From Pristiophorus japonicus (taxonomy: Eukaryota), in contig NC_091991.1 in the NCBI RefSeq assembly GCF_044704955.1, positions 125,860,001 to 125,924,000 of the forward strand: a stretch of 64,000 bases of DNA, read 5' to 3'. Positions 37,053-50,231 of this stretch are shown here, piece after piece. Both the position numbers and the translations under genes were made by a program. The first letter of the stretch is position 1; each line of letters opens with the position of its first letter. Below the pieces are notes generated by a model, which had not been told where the DNA came from, did not search any database, and saw nothing but the letters and a program-made list of their open reading frames with translations.

Positions 37053-38850
37053 AGCCATGGCTCAGTGATAGCAATCTTGCCTCTGAGTCAGAAGGTTGTG
37101 TTGCTTTAAGTTTCACTGCAGGGACTTGAGCACATAGTCTAGGCTGATACTTGTGCAGTACCGAGGGAGTTTTCAGGTAAGATGATAAACCGAGGCCACA
37201 TCTGCCCTTCTTATTTCGAAGTAAATGACATCAATAGTGGGGAAAATGTTGGAATCAATTATTAAGGATGCATTTGGAAAGCAGTGACAGGATCGGTCCA
37301 AGTCAGCATGGATTTATGAAAGGGAAATCATGCTTGACAAATCTTCTGGAATTTTTTGAGGATGTAACTAGTAGAGTGGACAAGGGAGAACCAGTGGATG
37401 TGGTGTAGTTGGACTTTCAAAAGGCTTTTGACAAGGTCCCACACAAGAGATTAGTGTGCAAAATCAAAGCACATGGTATTGGGGGTAATATACTGATGTG
37501 GATAGAGAACTGGTTGGCAGACAGGAAGCAGAGAGTCAGGATAAACATGTCCTTTTCAGAATGGCAGGCAGTGACTAGTGGGGTGCTGCAGGGCTCAGTG
37601 CTGGGACATCAGCTCTTTACAATATGCATCAATGATTTGGATGAAGGAATTGAGTGTAATATCTCCAAGTTTGCAAATGACACTAAACTGGGTGGCGGTG
37701 TGAGTTGTGAGGGAGATGCTAAGAGGCTGCAGGGTGACTTGGGCAGGTTAGGTGAGTGGGCAAATGCATGGCAGATGCAGTATAATGTGGATAAATGTGA
37801 GGTTATCCACTTTGAGGGCAAAAATTCGAAGACAGAATATTATCTGAATAGTGGTGGATTAGGAAAAGGTGAGGTGCAACGAGACCTGGGTGACATGGTT
37901 ATCAGTCATTGAAAGTTGGCAAGCAGGTACAGCAGGCGGTGAAGAAGGCAAATGGTATGTTGGCCTTCATAGTTAGGGGATTTGAGTATCGGAGCAGGGA
38001 GGTCTTACTGCAGTTGTATAGGGCCTTGGTGAGGCCTCACCTGGAATATTGTGTTCAATTTTGGTCTCCTAATCTGAGGAAGGACATTCTTGCTATTGAG
38101 GGAGTGCGGCGAAGGTTCACCAGACTGATTCCCGGGATGGCTGGACTGACATATAAGGAGGGACTGGATCAACTGGGCCTTTATACATTGGAGTTTAGAA
38201 GGATGAGCGGGGATCTCATAGAAACAAACAAGATTCTGACGGGACGGGACAGGTTAGATGAGGGTAGATTGTTCCCGATGTTGGGGAACACAGTCTTAGG
38301 ATAAGGGGTAGACCATTTAGGACTGAGATGAGGAGAAACTTCTTCACTCAGAGAGTTGTTAACCTGTGGAATTCCCTGCCACAGAGAGTTGTTGATGCCA
38401 GTTCATTGGATATATTCAAGAGGGCGTTAGATATGGCCCTTATGGCTAAGGGGATCAAGGGATATGGAGAGAAAGCAGGAAAGAGGTACTGAGGGAATGA
38501 TCAGCCATGATCTTATTGAATGGTGGTGCAGGCTCGAAGGGCCGAATGGCCTACTCCTGCACCTATTTTCTATGTTTCTATGTTTCCATGTAAAAGATCC
38601 CATAGCACTATTTCGAAGAAGAGCAAGGGCATTCTCCCAAGTGTTCTGAGTAATATTTATTCCTCAACCAGATTTTCTGGCCATTACTCATTTTGGGACC
38701 TTGCTGTGCCACAAATTGGCTGCTGCGTTTCTTACAGTCACTACACTTCAACATTACAACAGTCACAATGCTTCAAAATTATTTAATTGGCTGTAAAGCA
38801 CTTTGAGACATCCTGAGATCGTGAAAGGCAAAATATAAATTCAAGTTCTT
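37053..38850 (+). mobile_element. DeuSINE-like SINE interrupted by CR1
   Basis: tRNA-like head gccatggctcagtg..ctgagtcagaaggttgtg at 37053-37220; core and tail (cttgctgtgccacaaattggctgc..aaatataaattcaag) at 38591-38850. Confidence 0.7.
37226..38590 (+). mobile_element. CR1 3' half
   Basis: ORFs 37409-37912 and 37909-38304 with RT motifs; (tttctatg)n tail. Confidence 0.95.
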
Positions 38851-39386
38851 TCATCCCTTTTTCTTTGCTGCTGCCTTTGACTTTCTAAGGAAGTGGTTCT
38901 AGACCTTTTCATTTTGAAAATATTTAAGCATAATGTTCATAATTAAATTTGAGTGTACAAATAAAAGTTGTTCCTAGTCTTTGCCTTGATTGTGAGGGAA
39001 TACTTGGATGTTATCACAGAATCATAGAGCACAGAAGGAGGCCATTCAGCCCATTGTACCTGTGCTGGCTCTTTGAAAGAGCTATCCAATTAGTCCCACT
39101 CCTCTGCTTTTTCCCTATAGCCCTGTAAATTTTTCCTTTTCAAGTGTATATATCAAGGACATAAGTAAGACAAAAAGGCCACAATAACGTTGAAAAAAAG
39201 CTGCTTTTGAAGGGATGTGAATGGAACTAGGGAAAATAAAATGGAAAATATTAGCAAATGAAGAGAGAAACAGCAGTGGGAAATATTTAAAATGGTGACC
39301 AACAGAGTCCAGGAGAAATATATTCTGCTAAAATTTAAGAATAAACTAGCCAATAATGTAACTCCATGGATGAACAAAGACCAAAA

Positions 39387-40048
39387 GGGGAATATTAACC
39401 TAAAAAAGGTGGGTTTGGAGCATGGGGGCAGTTAAATTGTTAAAAATGGGATTCCCGACCTGATCCCGCCCACTTCCAGTTTTAATAGAGGTGTGACCAT
39501 CACGCTCCCAGGACATGGGATCTCATTTTAAATATTATGAAGCTGGAAGCCTCTTTCTTTAACCTTCATTTTGTTTCGAACTGCATGTGGTCGTGTATTA
39601 CACAATTCGTGAAAAACTGCAGTTACAGCAAGATGGGGGACTGCTGGATTTAGGAATTAAATGTCTTTATATCTACCTCCTGGATCTAGGGTCCCTACCT
39701 AACCCACCCCACTTCCATGATCAGAGACCCCCTCACAAGGCCTCCAATTATCCCCCCAGGCCTCCCCCTGCCCACCAATGAAGCTGAGGCCGGTCGCGAT
39801 CCTCCGGTGACTGGCCATGATCTTCTCTTCACCCATCCGATCATCCGGCCCCAATCCTCTCTCACCACCTTGCCCTCCCATCCTTTTAACGGCATGGCCC
39901 GATCCCTGGCTGACAGCCCTTCCCCTTCCCCCGCAACCCCCCCCCCCCCCAATCCTTTTAGTGGCCTTGCCATCCCTCTCAATCTGGCTGGCTGTGGCTG
40001 GGAATCCAAGACCCCCCACAACCCACCTTCCTCCTTAAAATCCAGCCC
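39387..40048. mobile_element. Harbinger-type MITE inside CR1
   Basis: Ends aaaatccagccc; one arm is similar to 26270-26935 in reverse; interrupts collinear CR1 sequence. Confidence 0.55.
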
Positions 40049-40159
40049 ATAAGGTCAAAATTGAAACTAAAGATAAAGGCGTACACGAAGTACATTGACA
40101 ACCAAGGCGAGTATGACAAAAGAGAATATGAAGAGGTTAAAAAAAAAGTTTTAAAAAAA

Positions 40160-40494
40160 GGATTTGATAATGATCAGGAGATCCAAGAGCTAATAGATCG
40201 CAAGCACAGGGCATTTTTGAGCCTTAAACAACGACCCAACTCGGAAGCAGCAAAGCAGCATTACAGACGGCTCAAGGCTGAGGTCCAACAAAAAACCCGG
40301 GACCTAAAGAACAGGTGGTGAATGGAGAAAGCACAAGAGATATAGCAGCTGGCTAACATCCATGATGTGCAAGGATTCTTCATCGCAGTCAAGGCCACCT
40401 ACGGTCCAAACACCCAAGGCCCCACCCCACTGCTGGCCAAGAACGGGGAAACACTCATCAAGGACACTGAGGCAGTCAGGGCCCGCTGGAAGGA
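40160..40494 (+). mobile_element. Internal RTE-clade ORF fragment
   Basis: DNDQEIQELIDRKHRAF..AEVQQKTRDLKNRW and FFIAVKATYGP..KDTEAVRARWK, resembling the RTE EN-RT linker. Confidence 0.75.
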
Positions 40495-41530
40495 TAGGGA
40501 TAGGGCACTAAGGGATGTACAAGATAAAATTGCAGGTAATAACAGTGAAATGGCAGAAATATTGAGCAATTACTTTACCTCATTATTTATCAGGGAGACT
40601 AACAAAGTGAACATGACATTAGAAGAAGAGATTAAAATAGAGATAAAGATATTTAAGATAAAAAGGGGAGATAATTAATAAACTAATCTGACTTAGAGAG
40701 GATAAATCCCTGGGATTGGGTGGATTGCACCTGTGCATATTAAAAGATGCTAGGGAAGAGATAGCAGAGACATTATTACATATATTCACTTGAAAAGGGA
40801 ATAGTGTCAGAGGACTGGCAGACAGCTAATGTTATACCTTTATTTCAAAAGGGAGATAGAACAAGTCCAAGGAACTATAGACCAGTTAGCTTAACATTGG
40901 TGGCAGGAAAAATAATGCAAATTTTACTGAAAAATGCAAAAGAAAAACATCTGGAAACCAAAAACATAATAAACAATAGTCAGCACGGATTTCAAAAGGG
41001 GAGGTCATGCTTGACCAACTTTACTGAATTGTTTGAAGAAGTAACAGAAAGGGTAGACAAGGGTAATGCAGTAAATGTAATATATTTGGATATTCAATAG
41101 GCCTTTGATAAGGTACCGCATGATAGACTCATGACTAAGATCAGAGCATATAGAGTCAGGGGACAAGAAGCAGAATGGATAGCAATCTGACTGCAGAATA
41201 GAAAATAGAGAGTAAGAGTTAAGGGTAGCTACTCAGACTGACAAAAGGTGGGAAGAGATGTTCTCCAAGGAGTGGTGCTGGGACCATAGTTATTCACATT
41301 TACATAAATGATTTGGACTCTGGAGTCAGAAATACAATTTCAAAATTTGCGGATGACACCAAATTGGGCCAGGGGGTGGGGGTGTATAGTTAATACTGAG
41401 GAAGTCTGTGACAAAATGCAAGAAGACATTAATAAACTTGCAGAATGGGCGTGCAGTTGGCTAATGAATGTCAATAATATAGCTACATTTTGGTAGGAAG
41501 ATTACGAAGGACACACTGCTTCGATAATAA

Positions 41531-44500
41531 CGGGTCAAAATTCGGTTGCTAACACCTCCTGATAACGCCGGTGTTAAGTGGGCATAAGCTGGTTTAGACT
41601 GGAGCTGGGTGCCGTTGATGTCTGCGGCAAAATTCTGTAGCCATTTTTTAAGGGCATTAAAACGTAACCTAACCCCATGGAAATCATGACGTCAGTACGC
41701 GTGCAACGCCTCCTTGGCGCCCTTCTCGCCACATTCACTTTTGCTACCTCACTTAATGGCTGACGTCAATGATGCCAGAAAAAGTTGGACTGCACAAGGT
41801 GGAGAAACAAATCCAGCACGTTATTTAAAGGGAGTTGCAGCCGAGGCTCAGAGATCTCGGTCAGTGCTGCGTTTGATGCTTGCACAGAGAGTACGGTGTT
41901 GGCACCATACTGCTGTTGACTTGTCAGATTGAGTATTAGTATGTCGGACACATTGTTGGGTTCCATATTGGAGAAATTTGAAATTTGCACTTCACTGTGA
42001 CCTCTGCAAAGTTATGGGGGCAGTGATCGCACACCACGTCTTCCCGCGGCGATGACTTGAAAGGCATCGGCTGCAGAGACAGCTTAGGGCAAATGTGGAT
42101 CCTCCCCAAGGGAGACACCCCAGACGGCACGAGGCCGTACAGATGCAGGGTTTAAAGTGTGCATTACTCTTATCTTGAGATGTCCGAGGAGCACTGTTTA
42201 AGAAGGCTGAGGTTCTACAAGGAGGTGGTCATGGAGCTTTGCAACCTTCTGCAGAAATACATGGCAGCTGACATCTGAAAATGACAGTAGCACTCAACTT
42301 CTATACTACCGGCTCCTTCCAGTCTCCTCGAGGAGATATATGCAACATCTCACAGTTTGCAGTACATTGCTGCATTCGCCAGGTGACCGAAGCTCTCTAC
42401 AGCAAATTAATGGATTACATCAAGTTCAGCATGTCCAGGGAAGACCAGGATGAGCGGACTCGTGGCTTTGCCAGGATTGTGGGCTTCTCCAGGGTTCAGG
42501 GAGCCATTGATTGTAAGCATGTGGCATAGAGGGCTCCACCTCTCAATGGAGAGGTATTTCAGAATCCTCAACGTACAGCTGTTCTGCGATCACAGGCAGA
42601 TGATCCTCGCTGTCAATGCCTGATATCCTGGCAGCTGCCACGTCGCCTTCATCCTGTGGGAGAGCACTGTGCCACGACTTTTCCAGCCTCCTGACGTGCC
42701 GAATGGCCCAGCTTGTACACCTGGGCATCAATTAAACACATCGCTACCCACCCTGCAGCCTTCCATCTTTAATAATCACTGCATAATCAGGTGAACAATC
42801 AAAACTTGCCTTATTGCAAACATAAATCATGTGCAAGACAACAACTTCATCCCCAACACATCAACATACCCACAAAACCCCTTCAAACATTTTCAGAGAC
42901 ATCCAAGTGCAACTATTGACATCAGTTCATTTTCTAACAAGGTAGCCATCTCTGGCGACTACCAAACAATTGTTTCATCATTCATTCAAGTGCAAAAACT
43001 TACACGAGCTCATATTGGAACAAGCTACCCATCTCTGTTGACTATCAAGCAAGTGTTTGATGGATCATACAAGTGCAACTAGTTATAAAAGCTCATATCT
43101 TAACAATGTCAGCATATGTGGCCGCCTTCCCACAGATTTTTACTTTGTCTTGAAGAGTGCTTTCCCGTGCCTACTGCTCTTCCTCAATGGGGTCTCAGGG
43201 CCTTCAGCAAGGCTGGTAGTCGGTTGCTGACTTGGAGCCGCAGCCACACATGATGACCTAGCAGGACGTTTCCAACCAGCTCGGGCCCTGGAAGACCCGG
43301 CTTCGGACTGCATAACTTCAGCATGGGCGGCAGCACTCTGTTGTGGATGGGTTGCAGAGATCGGCAACTGTGAAGGTGGAATGATGTTGTGCTGAGAAAC
43401 AACATCACGTTCCAACTGGCCCAACAGGCTGCTATTCCTCTGGAGCAGAGCATCATCATCTGCATCTATCTGGGTGAGGTCAGATTGCTGCCCTGGTTCA
43501 GCAAGGTTAGGTCCCCGTTGAACTGATGGGGCCCCAGACAGGATGGCAGTAGTCAGTGTGTCTTATCAATCTAATTGTCTCTGCATCAAAAGTGACTGCG
43601 ACTGCAGCACACCAGAGAGCTGACTCAGAACACCACGCACTGAAGACATTTGAGTATTTAGGCCTATAATAGCATCAGCAGCCTGATGCTCAATGGCCAT
43701 TACAACGTCAGCCATAGCCCGTGCCACCATGTCTGGGACCCCAGGGTCACTGTTTGCATCCAGCATTCATTGGTATCTACCAAGGATGGGCTCGATGGGT
43801 TGCCGAGAGGTATGAGCAACAGTTGAGGCGGACTCCTCCATCCTCATAGCTAGTGCATCAAGACTCTGTGGCACCCTTGCTATTGCACCCAGCAGATCAC
43901 TGTGCAACTGCAGGGATTGTCTTGCGATAACCTCTAGATTGGGTTCATCGTCAGAGTGCTGCTAAGCATCACTCAGGTGCGCACTCACCCTCTGGGGAGA
44001 TGGACCCCGGTCTTCCCCTCCCCTGTGACATTGCTGGAGGCCACTGGGTCCCAGAGCATCATCTACCTTCTTCTCCTCCGACCACCCTTTCGTCAACAGC
44101 ACTGCTGGCCCTGCTCTCAGACCATGTACCCTCCTGCGAGATCGAACAAGGTGTTTCCGCTTGCTCCTCCTCATCGACCTCGCCACCATCTGCACCCATG
44201 GAAGGCGCCCGAGAAGGCCCCGGTGGATCTGGTTGATCATCCGAAAGCACAAACACAGAAGAGCGGTTACCTACAGGGGAAGGGGCCAGGAGTGTTGAAA
44301 AACATTCGTGAATGCCAGTCTCATCGAAAGAGCTGCACGATAATGGTGTGAGGGCCAAGTGTCCTGCAGTTTTCTGCAAAGGAACTCAACATACCGTCAC
44401 TGTCCCAAGGGGGGTCGGCTGCACCCACCGCCATCGCACCAACATGAACGCCAATCATGGTAGCTATCAGTTCCTCCAATGGAGTGAGTACTTGGAGGTC

Positions 44501-45600
44501 TGACTTCCCTCCACCTGTCCGTATTTGCTCCCACCGGTTGTGTGCGAGCTTCGACTGTAACATTAAAGAAAAAGTTGGAGTTAGAGGCCTTCTATCAGTG
44601 TGTCCCAAGTGCCTTACATACTTAGTACATGCTACTCTGAGAGGCTTCACAGCTCGATATTTAGTCCATTTAACTCTTGACAGTCTTCACCGCTCAATGT
44701 AACTACCATTCGCGGTGTGGACTTGCTGTGGCAATGCTTGAATTAGGTGGCCAGGATCTAACAGTAAAGGGGAGGCTACCATCTTCGACACGCATATGAA
44801 GACTGAGGAGTTAACAACATGAGGGGTCGGTCTGCAGAGCCGAGTAGCAAGCTTAACAGCGCATGCAGGCCCTTGTAGTGGGTGATGCTGCAAATAGGAA
44901 CCTTGACTGTGGCCTCACCCATGTAGAGCATGGATTCCGAGACACTATATTTAGAGGGTGCACATTGAGGTCAGAGCATAGCATGTTGAAGTTTGAAATG
45001 AAAGGTACTCGCCCTCACCATCCGCGTCCAGTCATTCCACTTTTTTCTGCATTGCATTGCTGTCCTTGTCACCGTGTCACTCGCAGACACTTGTTCTGCT
45101 ATTTCCCTCCAGATCCTTCGGTATGCCTGGGGGTTGGGGTCTCTTCCCAGCCTCTGACCTCGCCACCTGCCAACGCTTCTCCAGGGCAGCAAGGAGTGCA
45201 TCCACTGCGGCATCCGAGAACCGATGGGCACGCTGACGAGCTGCTGCTGCTGGATCTGCCATGCTCACCTTCTGAGTGCGTGCGTAGGAAGCGAATATAC
45301 CCACGAGGCAGTGAGGCCCCCAATCAATACCTCAATGGAATCCAGGTGGCGCCACTATGTCTGTGGCGCAGCTCCAAGTACTGCCCAATGCCCGGATGTT
45401 GAGCCCACGCTTAACAGTCCACTTAGCGCTACGTAGCCGCCTCCAGGTAAGTGTGCAAAACCATGATTTTACGTTGCTATCCACTCTTTAGATGGCAAAA
45501 CTGAATTTCACATTTGGGGTCCGCGCCTAATGCATGCTGTTAAAAATTTCTCTCAGCCGGTGACACTGCCTCAAAAATGGCAGTAATGAATTTCAACCCC
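41531..45600 (+). mobile_element. Harbinger element H4 (truncated transposase + at about 42070-42700; 3-exon Myb gene - at about 45262-43140)
   Basis: TIRs cgggtcaaaattc / gaatttcaacccc; TSD TAA/TAA; VALNFYTTGSFQ..QGAIDCKHV; RAHRFSDAAVDALL..IWREIAEQVS..QCRKKWND. Confidence 0.9.
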
Positions 45601-46109
45601 TAAAAGTTTAAAAGGGGTAGAGGAGCAAAGGAATCTAGGGGTACAGATACACAAATCACTAAAAGTAGTGATGCAGGATAATAAGGCCATTAAAAAAGCA
45701 AACTAAGCACTGGAGTTCAATTCTAGTGGGATAAAACAGAAAAGCAGAGAAGTTATATTAAACATGCATCAAACCTTGGTTAGACCACATTTGGAGTACC
45801 ATGCATAGTTGTGGTCTCCATATTACAAAAAGGATATAGAGATGCTGGGGAAGGTGCAAAAAAGATTCACAAGGATGATATCAGAACTGAGAGGGTATAA
45901 TTAGCTGGAAAGGCTGAATAGGCTGGGGTTCTTTTCTCTAGATAGGAGAAGACTGAGGAATGATCTAATAAAGGTCTTTAAAATTATGAAGGTAGATGTA
46001 GAGAAAATGTTTCACTTGTGGAGGAGACCACAAGTCTGCGTAAAAAGTATTTCTCCTCATCGCTCCTCTTTTTGCCAGTTATCTTAAATTTGTGTCCTTT
46101 GTTTACTGG

Positions 46110-46207
46110 CAGTGTTCCCCCAAGCTGTGCAGCTGCGCACCGATCGCAAGGTCCCACACAGGCTGCTGAAGGGCCCATGTAGGGAAAAAAAATTAGAGGG
46201 AACGTTG
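46110..46207. mobile_element. 98-bp hAT-like MITE
   Basis: TIRs cagtgttccc / gggaacgttg; 8-bp TSD tttactgg / gttaccgg. Confidence 0.6.
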
Positions 46208-47739
46208 GTTACCGGCCCTCCTACCAGTGGAAACTGTTCTTATTTACTCTATGTTAGATATTGTATTCAGTGTTGACAATGGGTTGGTAGATAGTGAATC
46301 ATACCCTGGCTATGCAAAAAAGGAATGAGATATGAGATATGAATTATAAGGGAACATTTCCCTGGATCTGTTCCCAGGCACACTAGATTGTCTGGGCATT
46401 GTGAATACTGGAAAATTAGACGGACGGAGCACATACCATTACAGGTATGGTTCAATTTGCCTTCCATTAATTACATGAATGAAAATTGAACAGGTTCTTT
46501 TACAGATAAGCTGTAAAATTTTCCAATATTTGTTGTACCTAGGATCTAGTGCGCCTGAATACTGACATAGGAAAATCTCTCACATAAGATCACAAAATGA
46601 TTATGAATGACGAAGGTCATTTGATCCATCTTCGTTCATGCATCCAAAATTATCCTAAAGTTCCCACGATTGCAGCATCCAATTGATTTCTAAATTATTC
46701 CAGGATTTTCATTTCTCATTATTCTATACAGAAGTCCACGCCCTGTGTTTATCAGTCTTTGTGCAAATAACTTCCGAATACCTGTTCTCATTTTGCCTTT
46801 TACTGGTTTGAACTTGTTCTACTTTTGCAATTTAATTTAAAGTAATTTTCCAGATTTACCGTTTCCATATAATTTACTGCTTTTATATACCTCTACAAGG
46901 TCAACTCTCAGATGTGTCCTTTCAAGTCTGAAAAGTTTGTCTTTCCTTCGAACTCAGATGTCTAGCACTTGTGGCTTTTCTTTGAACTGCTTCCAGTACT
47001 TAAATATGAGCTTTCTAAAGAATATCAAGGCCCGTGATCTTAATGGCAAGCCACCCAGCTGGATACAGTGGTTGTTTAATTTGGACTATGATTAGAGAAC
47101 GTGTATAGAAAACCAAAACACCTCAACAAAACTTGAGATGATTGGATTTTTTTTCTCCAGAGTAGATGTAATGAATAGAAACTTAGCAAAAACTGTTCGA
47201 TAATAAATAATTCCTTTTCTAAAAAAAGAACTGGATTAATTTCTGTTTATGAATGGAATTGGTAAGAACAAAGATGGCTATAGATACTCATTGGAACTAG
47301 CTTGTTCGGGTGAAGGTCTTTTCTGTTTTTAGTCTTCACTCATAATTGGGTAAGAGAAACATTTTGAATTTTAGCAGTCAAAGTAAAAGAGAGTCTAGTA
47401 AGTGGTTATCCATTGAATGTTGAATGTTTACTATTACGGTGTGGTTTCTTTCCTGTGAATCCCTCTTCCTAGCTTCTGGAAATATGGAAAGATGGATAGA
47501 GAATAATCCTTGACCTCTTTCACATACCTCCAAGTTGCGAGTTGCAGGCTGTAATCGATAGAGGACCAAATTGTCTGGCTACCTTCCAGATAAATACTTA
47601 AAGAAGAGGAATAAAAATATTAGTGAGAAAGTTGATTGAAAAGGGCATCCAAGGTTATTTACAAGTTGATTTAGAAGAAAACTAAAACATGCCTTGATCA
47701 ATGAGGACTAAACCTTTTCAATACAATTTTGCCCAATAG

Positions 47740-47804
47740 GCTGCAACAATACAACAAAAAAATGCTGAGTCAAATGCTAAGATGAAAAAAGAATTCCACG
47801 ACAG
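47740..47804 (+). CDS. ccdc154: CCDC154-like exon F
   Basis: ttttgcccaatAG|...|GTaacc; 65 nt, phase 0 in, phase 2 out. AATIQQKNAESNAKMKKEFHD(R); phase fits exons E and G. Confidence 0.7.
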
Positions 47805-48213
47805 GTAACCAGACTAGATTTGTATTGATAATCTTGTAAAATGGGATTTTAAAAATCTGTATATCTCAATAAATGTTATAAACTTCTGCTTCAAGTTATT
47901 AACTAGAGAGAAAGAGAGAACAAACATAAAACTATGGCTATCATTTAAACACACAAGATTTCAAGGTTAAAATGCAAGTTGTCAGCAGCAGCCACTATTA
48001 ATGTAATTCAGTTGTATAGTACTACATAGTACACCCAGAAACAGGCCAATCGGCCAACGAGTCCATGCCAGTGTTTATGCTTCATACCCACCTTCATCTA
48101 ACCCCATCAATATATCCTTCTACAACTGCAGATGCTGGAAATCTGAAACAAAAGCAGAAAATGCTGGAAATACTCAGCAGGTTGTCAAGCAGCATCTGTG
48201 GAGAGAGAAACAG

Positions 48214-50231
48214 AGTTAATGTTTCAGGTCAATGACCTGTCATGTATTCCACTGTCATTGTAACCCATGTATAAACTGACCTAAGTTGTACACCGTGAGA
48301 ACATTGACCACTAGGTGGTGAACTTGTGGGAGACACTCCTAACCTGGACTTTCAGGTATAAAAGGGGAAGCTCCACCCACCTTCATCACTTCAGTGCTGG
48401 TGAATAAAGGTTACTGGTTACAGAGTGACCTTCTCTCAAGTATGGGCCTCGTGTGCATTTATACTGTATAGTAAGGACATATCATTGGCGACGAGAAACT
48501 GGGATTTAAACCACGTGAGTATGGCCACTAGCAGCACAGACGAGAGGTACTGTGTTGGTGATGATTGGGATGATTTTATTGAGACTACAGCAAAGTTTCG
48601 TCACTAAGGAATGGTTGGGACAGGATTTGGCTGACAAATGCATGGCTGATCTCCTGACGGGTTTGTGGATCTAGGATGTACTCCCTGATGAAGGAACTTC
48701 TAGCGCCAGAGAAGACGGCGGACAAGACTTTTGAAGAGCTCAGTAAGTTGATCGTGGAACACTTTAAACCGGCGAGCAGCATGCACATGGCGAGACACCG
48801 GTTTTACACGCACCGGCGGTGAGAAGGGCAAAGCATTCCAGACTTCGTGGCAGACCTCCGGCAACTGGCGAGCCTATGTAAGTTCCCAGATGCATGCAGA
48901 GCGGAGATGCTGCGAGACTTTTTTATTGAGGGCATTGGGCACGCTGGGGTTTTCAGGAAACTGATTGAGACCAAAGACTTGACCCTGGAAACGGCGGCTT
49001 TGATGGCCCAGACATTTATCTCAGGGGAGGAAGAGACCAGAATGATGATTGACAAAAATCTTGGTTTAAATGCAGCAAATGAACAGGGAGTCAACATTGT
49101 TAATGCGGCACACAGTTCTCCAGGCAGACAGGGGTAATCGGACATGCCCGAGCATGTGGTCAAACCCAGAGGAGGAATTCAACAGAGACAATGGCTAGCT
49201 GAACGGCGATTCATGCCATCACAAGGGACAATGCGGCCAGTAATGGGGCCATCAACATCTGTCAATGGTGCGCTTAAGGACAGTTACAGAGACGATCGAC
49301 TGGTAATGTGCCTTTTGTTTCCAACAACGGCTCATGTTGGAGGTGTGGAGGTAAACACCCAGCCGCTTATCACTCCTCCTGTTGGCCAATAGATCCCGAC
49401 CACACTCACTCACAGGGGTTCCACCCGCAGAGCTGCTAATGAAAAGGACGCTCAAAACCAGTTTATCCCTTATACTCCCCACCATGAAAGAAATTGTTGA
49501 GAGCAGGCGCCAGTCACAATGTGACTACCATGATGGGAATGCGAGGGCGCGATGTATTGATGTCAATGACCCTGTCTTTGTCCTCAACTACGCTGCAGGA
49601 CCCAAATGGCTCGCAGGCACTGTGATTGCCAAAGAGGGGAATAGGATTCTGGTAGTTAAACTTACCAATGGACAAATCTGCCACAAACATCTGGATCAAA
49701 CAAAAAGGAGGTTCAGCAACCCCATAGAAGAAGCAGAGGAAAAACACGATGTAGAGTTCACTCCACCACAGGTGATCGAACACCGGAACCAAGTGGAGGA
49801 GAGCCCAGTCACTGTGGGCAGTCCGGACAGGCCTGAGGCACCGCAAACAGCAGACACTCAGGCCAGCGCCCAACAACCAGAGCCCCAACTCAGGCGCTCT
49901 ACAAGGGAGCGTAAACCACCAGAGAGACTCAACCTGTGATCCCAATAAGACTTTGGGGGGGAGGTGATGTCATGTATTAACTGTCATTGTAACCCATGTA
50001 TAAACTGACCTAAGTTGTACACCGTGAGAACATTGACCACTAGGTGGTGAACTTGTGGGAGACACCCCTAACCTGGACTTTCAGGTATAAAAGGGGAAGC
50101 CCCACCCACCTTCATCACTTCAGTGCTGCTGAATAAAGATTACTGGTCACAGAGCGACCTTCTCTCAAGTATGGGCCTCGTGTGCATTTATACTGTATAG
50201 TAAGGACACATCATGATCTTTCATCAGAACT
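48214..50231 (-). ncRNA. Disrupted minimal type-I hammerhead ribozyme (halves at 48214-48237 and 50219-50231)
   Basis: Removing the Gypsy and one TSD copy gives AGTT-CTGATGA-A-AGGTCA-T-TGACCT-GAAA-CAT-T-AACT on the - strand. Confidence 0.7.
48238..50213 (+). mobile_element. Internally deleted Gypsy element
   Basis: LTRs 48238-48484 and 49968-50213; TSD TGACC/TGATC; PBS TGGCGACGAG; PPT ggggggggaggtga; gag fused to the integrase C-terminus near 49363. Confidence 0.95.

Larger units (their letters stand above)
39200..46033 (+). mobile_element. Older CR1 copy fragmented by a MITE, an RTE segment and Harbinger H4
   Basis: Collinear ORF2 pieces at 39200-39385, 40050-40160, 40495-41530 and 45601-46033 (PWM, NYRPVSLT, QHGF, KFADDTK, RPHLEY). 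Confidence 0.8.

Noticed and set aside
37053-37130. tRNA gene
   Set aside because: It is a degenerate tRNA-derived SINE head continuous with the SINE body; no cloverleaf.
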